A stretch of 64,000 nt of DNA, from NCBI GenBank assembly GCA_044229975.1, contig JBGARZ010000004.1, positions 256,001 through 320,000 on the forward strand. The letters are read 5' to 3'. Under the pieces are notes generated by a model, which saw only the letters and a program-made list of their open reading frames with translations, was not told the DNA's origin and did no database searches. The position numbers were made by a program, and so were the translations under genes. Below, piece by piece: positions 44,346 to 53,765 of this stretch. Position 1 is the stretch's first letter; each line of letters begins with the position of its first letter. The DNA is from Polyangiales bacterium (GTDB lineage: Bacteria; Myxococcota_A; Polyangia; Polyangiales; Ga0077539).

Positions 44346-45173
44346 ATGAAGAACTCCCGCACCCAGTCGACCGCCCCCTCCACCACCACCTCCTCCACCA
44401 CCGCTCCCGCCCCGCGCGGTCGCGTCGCCCTGGAGGCCCTGCGCGCCGCCATGGCCGCCCTCGCGCCCGAGACGTTGCACCCCATCAACGTCGACATCCC
44501 GCACGCCGTCTCCCGCGCCCTCGGCGTCGCCCCGACGCTGCGCTCCCTCCGCCCGCGCATCGTCGCCGAGTGCCCCGCCGTCGACCTCGACGCCATCGAC
44601 GCCATCGAGACCCGCGCGCTCGCGGTCGAGTACGCCCACGCGGTCTACGTCACTGCGCTCTCGCCGCTCCCCATCGTCGCCAAGGTCGCCGCCGACGCCA
44701 CCGGAGCTCGCACCCGCCTGCTCTCGCTCGCCAGCAACCTCGTCATCTGGGAACTCCTCAAACCCAGCACCCTCGAACACATCCCCTCCGGCAAGGCGTA
44801 CCTCGACATCGCCAACGACCTCATCGCCCTCACCTCGCTCTTGCGCGCCCAGGCGAAGTTGCTCGAAGGCAAGGTTCCCGTCACGCCCGCGCAGCTCGAT
44901 GCCTGGCACCTGCTCGGCGAGCGCCTGCTCCAGCTCGTGGGCGAGCGCGAGGAGCAGCCCCCGCTCGCCGCGCAGGCTCACGCCGACCGCCAGCGCGCCT
45001 TCGCTCTCTTCGACCGCGCCTACGAGGAAGGCCGCCGCGTCGTCGCCTTCCTCCGCTGGCACGACGGCGACGCCGACACGCTCATGCCCTCCATCCGCTC
45101 CCGCGGTGGCGGCGGCTCTCCCCGCCGTGACGAGGAACCCCCCGCCGACCCGACGCCCGACGACCCGGTCTAG
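44346..45173 (+). CDS. Hypothetical all-alpha protein
   Basis: GAGG RBS; Thr/Ser-rich N-tail; helical body ending RAF.LF.RAYEE.RR...FLRW. Confidence 0.75.
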   Translation: MKNSRTQSTAPSTTTSSTTAPAPRGRVALEALRAAMAALAPETLHPINVDIPHAVSRALGVAPTLRSLRPRIVAECPAVDLDAIDAIETRALAVEYAHAVYVTALSPLPIVAKVAADATGARTRLLSLASNLVIWELLKPSTLEHIPSGKAYLDIANDLIALTSLLRAQAKLLEGKVPVTPAQLDAWHLLGERLLQLVGEREEQPPLAAQAHADRQRAFALFDRAYEEGRRVVAFLRWHDGDADTLMPSIRSRGGGGSPRRDEEPPADPTPDDPV

Positions 45174-46693
45174 ACGCTCCCCTCCCGCAGCCACTCGCCA
45201 AAGCGCTCGCCGATCATCAGCGTCGGCAGGTGCGTGTTGGCCGTCGGCACCGTCGGCATCAGGCTCGCATCCGCGACCATCAACCCCTCCGTCCCGCGCA
45301 CCCGCCCGTAGCCGTCCGTCGCCGCGTCCGCGTCGTAGTCGGCCCCCATCGGAACCGTCCCGCACGGGTGATACCCCGAGTCGCAGAACGCCCAGATCCA
45401 CCGGCTGAACCGCTCGCTCCGCAGCACCCCCGGCGGCGGCCACACCACCGTCGCGAGGTCCTTCATCACGGGCGTCTCCACCATGGTGCGACCCACCTCC
45501 AGCGCCTCCAGCGCCCGCGCCCGATCGGTCGGGTGGTCGAGGATGCGCGACTCGATCACCGGCTTCGCCCGCACGTCTGCGCTCGGATACCGGATGAGCC
45601 CGTGCCCCTCGGGCTTGCCCACCTGACACATCACCCCGACCAGCGGCAGGCTCATCGTCGGCAGCAGCACCGCCGACCCTGCCTGGAGTTGCAGGTCGTT
45701 TTCGTGCGCGCCGTCCTTCGAGCGCCACCGCAACACCGTCTGGATCAACGGGTGCGACAGCGAGCACACCCCCTTCTTCGGCCACATGAAGAACGCCGCG
45801 CCCGGGTGATCCAACAGCTTCGCTGCCACCGCCCGCACGTCCGACACCATCTCCACGCCCAGCCGATCGAGCTCCGCCTTCGGACCAACCCCCGAGCGCA
45901 GCAGCACTCCCGGCGTGGCGATGGCCCCGGCGCACAGCACCACCCGCTTCGCCCTGATGCGATACACCGCGCCGCCTGGGTGCTCCACCTCGACGCCCAC
46001 CACGCGCCGCCCCTCGAAGAGCACCCGACGCACCAGGGTGTTGGGCCGGATGGTGAGGTTGGGCCGCCGCCGAACCTCCCGCGTCAGGTAGCAGCGCGCC
46101 GCGCTCATGCGCTCGCCGTTGATCTTGTTCATGGCGTGGGGGGCGTACCCGCGCGCCTCGGGGTGGTTGGTGTCGTCGCAGCGGGGCATCCCGATGGCAG
46201 CCGCGCCTTCGAGAAAGGCCGCCTGCCACGGCACCAGCTCGTCGGGCGTGTGTCGGCGCAGTGGCACTGGCCCACTGGCACCGTGCCACTCGTCGTGTCG
46301 GTCGAGGTCCGTCTCCAGCCGCTTGAACGCGGGCAGACAGTCCGCCCAGCCCCAGTGTTTCAAGCCCCGGGCCGCCCACTCGTCGTAGTCCGACGGAACA
46401 CCCCGCAGCGCGATGCACGTGTTGACCGCCGACGACCCGCCGACGACCTTTCCCCGCGGCAACGGAAACTTCATCTGCCGGGCGTTGGGCTTGTGCTCGT
46501 ACCCCCAGTCGTGGGCCTTCAGGGAGTTGCGGGTGCCGTCGCGCAGATCCTGCGGGAGGTCCGCCGGGCTCGCGTAGTCGGGGCCCGCTTCGAGCAGCAG
46601 CACCTCCCGGTCGGAGCGCTCCGTCATCCGCGCCGCGATCACCGCACCTGCTGCCCCGGCGCCTACCACCACCGTATCGAAATGCTCACTCAC
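45170..46693 (-). CDS. GMC family oxidoreductase (choline dehydrogenase-like)
   Basis: VVVGAGAAG, LLEAGPD, RGKVVGGSSAVN, YHPCGT..MG, VADASLMP...ANT. Confidence 0.93.
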   Translation of the reverse strand: MSEHFDTVVVGAGAAGAVIAARMTERSDREVLLLEAGPDYASPADLPQDLRDGTRNSLKAHDWGYEHKPNARQMKFPLPRGKVVGGSSAVNTCIALRGVPSDYDEWAARGLKHWGWADCLPAFKRLETDLDRHDEWHGASGPVPLRRHTPDELVPWQAAFLEGAAAIGMPRCDDTNHPEARGYAPHAMNKINGERMSAARCYLTREVRRRPNLTIRPNTLVRRVLFEGRRVVGVEVEHPGGAVYRIRAKRVVLCAGAIATPGVLLRSGVGPKAELDRLGVEMVSDVRAVAAKLLDHPGAAFFMWPKKGVCSLSHPLIQTVLRWRSKDGAHENDLQLQAGSAVLLPTMSLPLVGVMCQVGKPEGHGLIRYPSADVRAKPVIESRILDHPTDRARALEALEVGRTMVETPVMKDLATVVWPPPGVLRSERFSRWIWAFCDSGYHPCGTVPMGADYDADAATDGYGRVRGTEGLMVADASLMPTVPTANTHLPTLMIGERFGEWLREGSV

Positions 46694-46851
46694 GACCGGT
46701 GGCTGTCGCACAGCCTTGCAACGGTGCTCAACCACTTTCGCAACCACCGCCCGTGGGCTCACGCAACCGTTGCGCGAGCCCTCCGCCCGGCCACGAAACA
46801 AGTGCCGCCCAACCCGAGCATCAAGAGGGTGGCGTGCGAGCGAACGGCGCG

Positions 46852-46867
46852 TGGCACCCACCATGCA
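46852..46867 (+). promoter_or_regulatory. Putative sigma54 -24/-12 promoter of the sigma factor gene
   Basis: TGGCACCCACCATGCA with exact GG-N10-GC spacing; AGGAG RBS at 46923. Confidence 0.65.
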
Positions 46868-46934
46868 CAGGCGTCGATCGCGTCGGAGGGAGTCGTCATC
46901 GACCGCCCTCGAAGCGACGCACAGGAGTCACGCC

Positions 46935-47741
46935 ATGGGATCGCTCGGATCGGTCACTGCGCTCGAGGCCTATCGACACTCACTCGCCGGGGTTGCGCCC
47001 CTCTCGGCAGAAGAAGAACGGGTGATGGCGCTGCGCTGGCGCCACGGTGACCAGCGTGCGGGACAGCGTCTGATCGAGTCGAGCCTGCCCTTCGTCATCA
47101 CGGTCGCGACCGAGTACCGGCGCTGGGGGGTTCCGCTGGAGGACCTCATCCAGCAGGGCAACCTGGGGCTGCTCAAGGGCGCGATGCGCTACGAGGCCGA
47201 GCGCGACTGCCGGCTCATCACCTACGCCGTGTACTGGATCCGCGCCGAGATCCGCGAGTACGTGGTGAAGGCGTACCGCCTCGTCCGCATCGGCGGCAGC
47301 AAGGGCGAGCGGCGCGCGCTCCGGGCCTACCGTCGCACCCGCGAGGACGACCCCCAGAAGCTCTCGGAGATGTCGGGCGTCCCCGTCGAGCGCATCGAGA
47401 GACTGCTGCCGATGCTGAAGCAGCGCGACGTCTCGCTCGACGCCTCCATCGACGGAGAGTCCCCCGCGGTCGATCGCCTGCGCGACCCCGGTGACTCACC
47501 CGAGGAGCTCGCCGACCAGCACTCCGTCGCCGACTCCCGCCGCGACCGCATCGAGCTGGCGCTGAGCGCCCTCAACGACCGCGAGCGCTGGATCATCGAG
47601 CGCCGCGTGCTGAGCGAGGACGACGTGACGCTGGAGTCGCTCGGCCAGGTGCTCGGCATCTCCAAGGAGCGCGTTCGTCAGATCGAGGCCCGCGCGCTGG
47701 AGAAGCTCCGCGGCAACCTCAGCGACCTCGCCGCAGCCTGA
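46935..47741 (+). CDS. Sigma-70 family RNA polymerase sigma factor (RpoH/SigB-SigC-like)
   Basis: EDLIQQGNLGLLK, TYAVYWIRAEIREY, SLD, LNDRERWII..R, TLE.LG..LGISKERVRQIE. Confidence 0.92.
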   Translation: MGSLGSVTALEAYRHSLAGVAPLSAEEERVMALRWRHGDQRAGQRLIESSLPFVITVATEYRRWGVPLEDLIQQGNLGLLKGAMRYEAERDCRLITYAVYWIRAEIREYVVKAYRLVRIGGSKGERRALRAYRRTREDDPQKLSEMSGVPVERIERLLPMLKQRDVSLDASIDGESPAVDRLRDPGDSPEELADQHSVADSRRDRIELALSALNDRERWIIERRVLSEDDVTLESLGQVLGISKERVRQIEARALEKLRGNLSDLAAA

Positions 47742-47817
47742 GCCTCACCCACCACCCGGTGGTCGATGGTGTACACGGGAAGCCCGCGCGCTCCCGACTC
47801 GTTGCACCACCCACCCG

Positions 47818-49092
47818 ATGTCCCCTTCCACTCGTCGCTCACCCTGGCTCCCGCTCACGGCGTCGCTCCTCGTCGCGTGTGTCGCCGAGGAGGAGCCCAC
47901 CCCCGGCTGCACCCCGACCGAGCTCGCGACGCCGCCCACCTGCGAGACATGGCCGTCGCTCTGTGGGCTTCGCCTCCAGTCCGACATCCGCCGCCCTGAC
48001 GTGGAACGTGCGGTCGACGTGGTGTTCATCCCCGAGGGCTTCGCCGCCGACGAGATGGGCGCCTTCCACGAGCGCGTGACCGGGCTCCTCGCCGACCTCG
48101 AAGACGACCGCGGCACCATCCTCGGCCGCGAGCCCTCGCTCTTCAACCGCCACACCCTCGACCTCGCCTCCTCCACCGGAACCGTCTCCGACCCCGACCC
48201 CCACAACACCCCGCTGCACGGCTGCTTCCAGCGCGACACGCTCGACCCCAACGGAACCCCTCTGCTCGCGGTGCAGCCCGAGCTCGCGATCTTCGCCGCG
48301 CGCCAGGCCGTGCCCTCGGTCGATGTCGTCGTGGTGGTGTTCAACACGAGCGGCGGGCGCATCAACGCGCCTCGTACGGTGGAGCCATTCTCGCCGGTCG
48401 GGCTCGTGGCCTTCGACCTCGGCGCCGACGCCCAGGTGCTCGACCACGAGCTCGGCCACGCGCTGGTGCACCTCGGCGACGAGTACAGCGACGTCCCCGG
48501 GTGCTTCGGCGACGACGACAACCGGCCGCCCGCCCCGTATGCCCCCGGCGACTGGTGGAACACCCTGGCCTTCGTCCCCAACCTCACGACCGACGCGAGC
48601 GGTGCACGGTGGCGTGGTCTCGTCACGGGTGCTCTCGTCGGCGGCCGTCGCTACCAGGGCTGCGTCTACCACCCGACGGCTCGTTGCCGCATGGGCGACG
48701 ACGCGTCGCAGCCGTTCTGCCCGGTGTGCGAGGCCGCCATCGCGCGCACGCTGCGGCGCTACCGCGACGGCGTCGACGAGACCCCGCCCGCCTGCGGGCT
48801 CTATGTGGCTGCGTCCCAGGGTGATCGCTTCGCGGTGTGTCCACGGGCCGTGGCCTTCACCGGCGCCGCGCGCTTCAGCGTGAGGGGGCCCAGTGACGAG
48901 GTGCTGCTCGATGGGGTCAGCGAGGTCGCCGTGGCCCCGACACAGCCCTCGCTGATGCTCGGTCGGGGCTGCGCTCAGGTCGACGCGAGCGCCTGGAGCG
49001 AGGGGGAGCACAGCGTCCGCATCGAGTGCCGCAACGCCGCGGACGTGCGCGCGACCAACGCTCTCACGCTGACGGTGCGTCACGGGCCGTGA
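47818..49092 (+). CDS. M64-family-like zinc metallopeptidase lipoprotein
   Basis: Lipobox LVAC; DVVFIPEGF, HELGH...LGDEY, YHPT..C.M....PFCPVC. Confidence 0.8.
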   Translation: MSPSTRRSPWLPLTASLLVACVAEEEPTPGCTPTELATPPTCETWPSLCGLRLQSDIRRPDVERAVDVVFIPEGFAADEMGAFHERVTGLLADLEDDRGTILGREPSLFNRHTLDLASSTGTVSDPDPHNTPLHGCFQRDTLDPNGTPLLAVQPELAIFAARQAVPSVDVVVVVFNTSGGRINAPRTVEPFSPVGLVAFDLGADAQVLDHELGHALVHLGDEYSDVPGCFGDDDNRPPAPYAPGDWWNTLAFVPNLTTDASGARWRGLVTGALVGGRRYQGCVYHPTARCRMGDDASQPFCPVCEAAIARTLRRYRDGVDETPPACGLYVAASQGDRFAVCPRAVAFTGAARFSVRGPSDEVLLDGVSEVAVAPTQPSLMLGRGCAQVDASAWSEGEHSVRIECRNAADVRATNALTLTVRHGP

Positions 49093-49119
49093 GCGGGGCA
49101 GTGCGTCGACGGGCGTTCG

Positions 49120-50340
49120 GTGGCATCCACTAAGCCCGTGGAACCCGACGAGATCGTCGTGCGCGGCGTCGCCGTGGAGTGGCGGCTCCCGTGGCTTGGG
49201 TTGGCCATCACCGCGGCGGTGCTCGCCGTCCTCGTCACGGTTGGGTTGATCGCGGGCGAAGGGGCCGTGTGCGGAATCGTCGCAGTGGCGCTGATCGCTT
49301 CGGCAGTGACTGTTCCCCTCCTCGAATGGCGGAAGGATCGGATGACGCTGCGGGTGACACGCGCGGGTGTCCGTCTCGGCGAGGGGAAGACCGAGCGCTT
49401 CATCTCGCGCGAGTCCATGCGGCGGGTGCTCGTCCTACCAGACGAGCGCGACGTGACGCTGCTGATCGAGGTGGGTTGGGAGCGCATCCTGCTCAAGCTC
49501 CCGAGGCCCATCGAACGCGGGCTCGCGACCGCCAGACAGTGCGTCGAACGCCTGGAGATGGCGCCTCACCAGCGAGTGTTGGTGTTTCGCGACTTCGTCG
49601 GCCTGGCGCGTTGGGTCACGACGGGTGTGCTGGGGCTCCCGCTGGGCATCGTCGCCGCCCTGTGTGTGGGTGCGATGGTGGGACCCGCGCTGCCGCGCGC
49701 GGTGTCGTGGGTCGTGGGCGCGCTCGAGGTGTGGGCGTTTAGCCGGGTGGTGCGCCCCACCGATGTGGTGATCGGCGCCGATGGCATGGAGCTTCGTGGG
49801 ATCTGGCGAACGCGGTTCTTCTCCTTCGCGACCCTGCACGGAGTGGCCTGGCCGATGCCCGGCAGCGAGCTGGAGGTGAGGGAGATCGGCGTTGTCACGA
49901 CGCGCTATGGGTGGACGTCGCTGGTCGACGACGATGAGGGACGGCGCGGGTTTGCCTTCGCGCTCGATTGGGCGCGCGAGCGGTACACCGCGCGTCGGCG
50001 CGAGTCGGAGCTGGCGCCGCTGCTGACAAGGGGTGATCGCACGTTGGCGGCGTGGCGGTCGTCGCTGCATGAGCTCGCCCAGGGAGGAGCGGCGTATCGC
50101 GCGTCGGCCCTCGATGGTGACGAGGTCGCGCGGCTGCTGGACGACCCGTCGGCCGAGGGAGAGTCGCGCGTCGGGGCGGCGCTGGTGCTGACCGCCGAAC
50201 CATCCTCGGAAGCGTCGACGCGGGTGCGGGTGGCAGCCGAGGCGTGCGCCCACGCGCCGACGCGGGTGGCGCTGGAGCGGGTGGCGGAGGGAACGCTCGA
50301 CGACGCGGCGCTGGTCGCGTTGGCGAGGGCCCGCCGCTGA
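49120..50340 (+). CDS. Hypothetical membrane protein
   Basis: TM pairs; VVIGADG..W...FFSF; C-terminal RVGAALVL...RVRVAAEACA helices. Confidence 0.65.
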   Translation: MASTKPVEPDEIVVRGVAVEWRLPWLGLAITAAVLAVLVTVGLIAGEGAVCGIVAVALIASAVTVPLLEWRKDRMTLRVTRAGVRLGEGKTERFISRESMRRVLVLPDERDVTLLIEVGWERILLKLPRPIERGLATARQCVERLEMAPHQRVLVFRDFVGLARWVTTGVLGLPLGIVAALCVGAMVGPALPRAVSWVVGALEVWAFSRVVRPTDVVIGADGMELRGIWRTRFFSFATLHGVAWPMPGSELEVREIGVVTTRYGWTSLVDDDEGRRGFAFALDWARERYTARRRESELAPLLTRGDRTLAAWRSSLHELAQGGAAYRASALDGDEVARLLDDPSAEGESRVGAALVLTAEPSSEASTRVRVAAEACAHAPTRVALERVAEGTLDDAALVALARARR

Positions 50341-50361
50341 TCTCGGACCTCGCTTGAGGTA

Positions 50362-51228
50362 ATGCTCCCGTCGATGACACCGCGCCGCGCCCCGCTGCTT
50401 CTCCCGCTCGCCTTCCTCGCCGTCGCCCCTGCGCTCCCCGCGCAGGAGCGCTCCGACACGCCGCCGCCCGCCGATCGTGTGCGCGTCGCGGCGGGGCCCT
50501 TCGTCATGGGCGACGACACCCGCGGCGAGCCCGACGAGCGCCCGCGGCACACCCGAACGCTCCCCGCCTTCGACATCGATCGCACCGAGGTCACGCGCGC
50601 CCACTACGAGCGCTGCGTCCGCGCCGGGCGGTGCACGTCGCCGCGACCGCTCGACGCGCGCTTCCGCGATGAGCGCCAACCCGTGGTCGGCGTGAGCTGG
50701 TTTCAGGCGACGGCGTACTGCGCGTGGGTCGGCGCCCGCCTGCCCACCGAGGCCGAGTGGGAGAAGGCCGCGCGTGGCAGCGACGGGCGCACCTTCCCGT
50801 GGGGCGAGACGTACCCCACGCTGCGCATGGCCACCTTCGGCCACGACGAACACACGGGGCACCCCGACCCCGTGGGCTCACACCCGGGCGCTCCCTCTCC
50901 CTGCGGCGCCCTCGACCTCTCGGGCAACGTCTGGGAGTGGGTCGCCGATCCGTACGATCCGTACGCCTACCGCGAGCCCACCGTCGAGCCCACCTGCGAG
51001 CGCGCCCTCGCTTCGCTGGCCGACCTCCGCGCCAACCGCGTGCGCGGCTTCACCGGCTCCAACCCGCTGCCCACCACCTGCGAGCGCGTCCTCCGCGGCG
51101 GCGGCTGGAACTACGGCGGCGCCGGCCTCCGCTCCTCCAACCGCGTTCATCATGCGCCCAGCTACCGACTGGTCATGTCGGGCTTCCGCTGCGCCGCTTC
51201 CGTCACCGCCGCAGCGCCGGGCTCGTGA
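50362..51228 (+). CDS. Formylglycine-generating enzyme (SUMF1) family secreted protein
   Basis: GPFVMG, IDRTEVT, PVVGVSW, RLPTEAEWEKAARG, DLSGNVWEWV, RGGGW, GFRCA. Confidence 0.92.
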   Translation: MLPSMTPRRAPLLLPLAFLAVAPALPAQERSDTPPPADRVRVAAGPFVMGDDTRGEPDERPRHTRTLPAFDIDRTEVTRAHYERCVRAGRCTSPRPLDARFRDERQPVVGVSWFQATAYCAWVGARLPTEAEWEKAARGSDGRTFPWGETYPTLRMATFGHDEHTGHPDPVGSHPGAPSPCGALDLSGNVWEWVADPYDPYAYREPTVEPTCERALASLADLRANRVRGFTGSNPLPTTCERVLRGGGWNYGGAGLRSSNRVHHAPSYRLVMSGFRCAASVTAAAPGS

Positions 51229-51514
51229 CCCACGCGTAGATCGCCGCGACCAGCACGGCCGCCGCCGCGCCCGCCGTCCGCAGCGTCGACACCCTCCACG
51301 CCGCGAGCCCCGCTTCGCCCGCCATGCTCAACGCGACGCCCAGCGCCACCGCGCGTCGTGCGCCGGTCGACGTCCGCTTCGCGACCCGCACGGTGCGCAG
51401 CGCGCCGAGCAGCGCGAGCGCCGCGCAGGCCAGCGTCACGTCGCCGCGGACCACCGCCAGCAGCCCCAGCAGCAGCGCGTCGACCAGCAGCGTGGACGCG
51501 AGCGGCGGAGGCAA
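51203..51514 (-). CDS. Small hydrophobic membrane protein
   Basis: 3-4 hydrophobic segments directly downstream of infC; TTG start. Confidence 0.45.
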   Translation of the reverse strand: MPPPLASTLLVDALLLGLLAVVRGDVTLACAALALLGALRTVRVAKRTSTGARRAVALGVALSMAGEAGLAAWRVSTLRTAGAAAAVLVAAIYAWVTSPALRR

Positions 51515-51521
51515 CCGGGGG

Positions 51522-52142
51522 TCAGTCCTTGTCGTCGTCGTCGTCGTCGTCGTCGTCGGGTTCGGCGGTAGCGGGGGTCGGGGGGCGCTTGATGGCGCCG
51601 GGGCGCGGCGCGATGAGCATCGTCATCGCCTTGCCTTCGAGGGCGGGGTTGCTCTCGATGATGATGAGCCCTTCGAGCGCCTTGATGACGTCGTCGAGCA
51701 CCTCGCGGCCCTTCTCGGGGTGCGTGATCTCGCGGCCGCGGAAGCGCACCGTCACCTTCGCCTTGTTGCCCTCTTCGAGGAAGCGACGGATGTGGCGGAC
51801 CTTCGTGGCGAGGTCGTGGTCGTCGGTCTTCGGGCGGACCTTGACCTCCTTGATCTCGACGACGGTCTGCTTCTTCCGCGCGTCGTTGGCGCGCTTCTTC
51901 TCCTCGTACTTGTACTTGCCGAAGTCCATGACCTTGCACACGGGCGGGTCGGCCTTCGGGTTGACTTCGACGAGGTCGAGGGACTCCGACTGTGCGAGCC
52001 GGAGCGCCTCCTGGCTGGTCATGATGCCGAGCTGTGTTCCGTCCGATCCGATGACTCGAACCTCGGGCACACGGATACGGTGGTTCACCCGCACCTGCGG
52101 TTGACGCTGCTGGTTTCGGTCGATGGGTCCCTTGAGCGCTAT
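51522..52142 (-). CDS. infC: Translation initiation factor IF-3 (non-canonical AUA start, acidic C-terminal tail)
   Basis: RVNHRIR.PEVRVI, LDLVEV.P.ADPPVCKVMDFGKYKYE, KEVK.RP, RFRGRE; AGGAG 7 nt before ATA at 52142. Confidence 0.95.
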   Translation of the reverse strand: MALKGPIDRNQQRQPQVRVNHRIRVPEVRVIGSDGTQLGIMTSQEALRLAQSESLDLVEVNPKADPPVCKVMDFGKYKYEEKKRANDARKKQTVVEIKEVKVRPKTDDHDLATKVRHIRRFLEEGNKAKVTVRFRGREITHPEKGREVLDDVIKALEGLIIIESNPALEGKAMTMLIAPRPGAIKRPPTPATAEPDDDDDDDDDKD

Positions 52143-52375
52143 CGGAATACTCCTGTGGTCGGGGGATCGGTCAGATCCCCACAATGGGTACGGCGGACAA
52201 CCCGCGGCGCGGATGGTGTTCGTGAACGGGTGCGACCGTCAACCCGGGCGCCCCACCATCGTTCGACCGCGCGGTCACGACGAGTGACCGAGGCGCAGTG
52301 ACGAGTGGGGGCGAAGCAACATCCCGGAAGGTCGAACCTGTGTGTGCAGAGAGGAGGGAGAGGGAGGGAATTCAG

Positions 52376-52447
52376 TAGGCGCGACTGGGGTTGAACCAGC
52401 GACCCTCACCGTGTCAAGGTGATGCTCTACCACTGAGCTACGCGCCT
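52376..52447 (-). tRNA. tRNA-Val (GAC); CCA not encoded
   Basis: AGGCGCG/CGCGCCT acceptor stem, TAGCTCAGTGGTAGAGC D-arm, TCACC-TTGACAC-GGTGA anticodon arm, GGTTCAACCCC T-arm. Confidence 0.95.
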
Positions 52448-52510
52448 GAAGGAGCCGCGGGTACTACCTCCCCTTCGCAGCTCCTGTCAACACCTTCGCG
52501 CATCAGTCAT

Positions 52511-52960
52511 TCACTGCACGCGCACCACGCCGACCATCCCCGCGGCCGCGTGCGCTTCGCAGACGTACGGAAACGTCCCCGCCGCCGTGAAGGTGACGGT
52601 GACATCGCTTCCGGTCGCCATGCGGGGCACCGGGTTGCCCGCCGTTCCTGCCGTCGCGTCGCCGTTGATGCCGGGCCCGAGCGGGTGCACGCCGAAGTTG
52701 CTGGAGGTGCCGCCGGTGAAGGTCACGGTCTGTCCCACCGCGACGGTGATGCACTTGGGCGAGTAGCTGAAGAGGGTGCTGCCGCTCGCGCCGCCGTAGC
52801 CCACGACGCGCGATGCGCTCGCCGCGGTGCGGTCGACGAACTGCGCCGCCGTGCACCCATTGAAGTCGCCGTCGCTGCTCCCTCCGCAGCTTGACGCCGC
52901 GACGCACAGCACCACAGCAAGGCCCGTTTGAGCCCTATTCACTCGTACCTGATCGCGCAT
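52511..52960 (-). CDS. Cupredoxin (plastocyanin/azurin-like) lipoprotein
   Basis: Lipobox ASSC; PKCITVAVGQTVTF, His (GVHPL), C-x2-H-x4-M (YVCEAHAAAGM). Confidence 0.88.
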   Translation of the reverse strand: MRDQVRVNRAQTGLAVVLCVAASSCGGSSDGDFNGCTAAQFVDRTAASASRVVGYGGASGSTLFSYSPKCITVAVGQTVTFTGGTSSNFGVHPLGPGINGDATAGTAGNPVPRMATGSDVTVTFTAAGTFPYVCEAHAAAGMVGVVRVQ

Positions 52961-53078
52961 GATGTGCCTCCCATCGGGTGGTTGCCGACGGGCCCCCGGA
53001 TGAGGCAGCATCCTGCCCGCGCCCAGTCACGGGGGCAATGGGGTACCACCCACGTAACGCTGCTTCGGAGGTCTACTC

Positions 53079-53744
53079 ATGTCTGAAGATCACGTCTCTC
53101 GTCGCGAGGCCCTGACCGGGGGCGCCGCGGCCATCGCCGGTGTTGGCGCCGCGCTCGCGGTCTCCACCGTCACCCGCGAGGCTCACGCCGATAACGCCAG
53201 CGACGCCACCGCGCTCAACCTGGTGCTCACCAAGACCTACGAGATCATCGCCATCTACGACGCGGCCATCGGGTATCTCACCGACCCGACCCGCCCCGAG
53301 GGCGCTGTCCCCGGCGCGCTGCTCACGCGCTTCCGCACCCAGCACCGCGACCAGGCGACGCGGCTCGTGGCGCGCATCACCGCGCTCAGCGGCACCGCCG
53401 TCAGCGACGGCGCCGTCACCGTGCCGGCCAACCCGACGGGCTTCATGCGCAGCGTCGGCAACTACGTGAAGTTCGCGGCCGACCTCGAGCGCAAGGCCGC
53501 CATCGCGAGCGTCGCCACGCTCAACACCATCGGCAACAAGGACGCCGCCGAGCTCGTCGCCGCCATCGTCGGCACGCAGACGCAGCAGTTCACCGTGCTC
53601 TACCTCCTCGCCCGCGGCATCGCGATGCCGGGCGCCATGGCCGCCACGGCGCTCGACCAGATCGTCCCGCGCTCCTTCGTCAACCTCGTCGAGGAGCCTG
53701 CGGTGAGCCTCTTCTCCGTGGCCCCCCTTACCTTCACCCCCTGA
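53079..53744 (+). CDS. Tat-exported ferritin-like protein (degenerate metal site)
   Basis: SRREAL Tat motif; four-helix pattern paralogous to the next gene. Confidence 0.72.
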   Translation: MSEDHVSRREALTGGAAAIAGVGAALAVSTVTREAHADNASDATALNLVLTKTYEIIAIYDAAIGYLTDPTRPEGAVPGALLTRFRTQHRDQATRLVARITALSGTAVSDGAVTVPANPTGFMRSVGNYVKFAADLERKAAIASVATLNTIGNKDAAELVAAIVGTQTQQFTVLYLLARGIAMPGAMAATALDQIVPRSFVNLVEEPAVSLFSVAPLTFTP

Positions 53745-53765
53745 TCTTCGAGGACGACCTACACC

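Noticed and set aside
52376..52447. tRNA as an island/prophage integration site
   Set aside because: No integrase nearby, and I found no duplicated tRNA 3' end in the window
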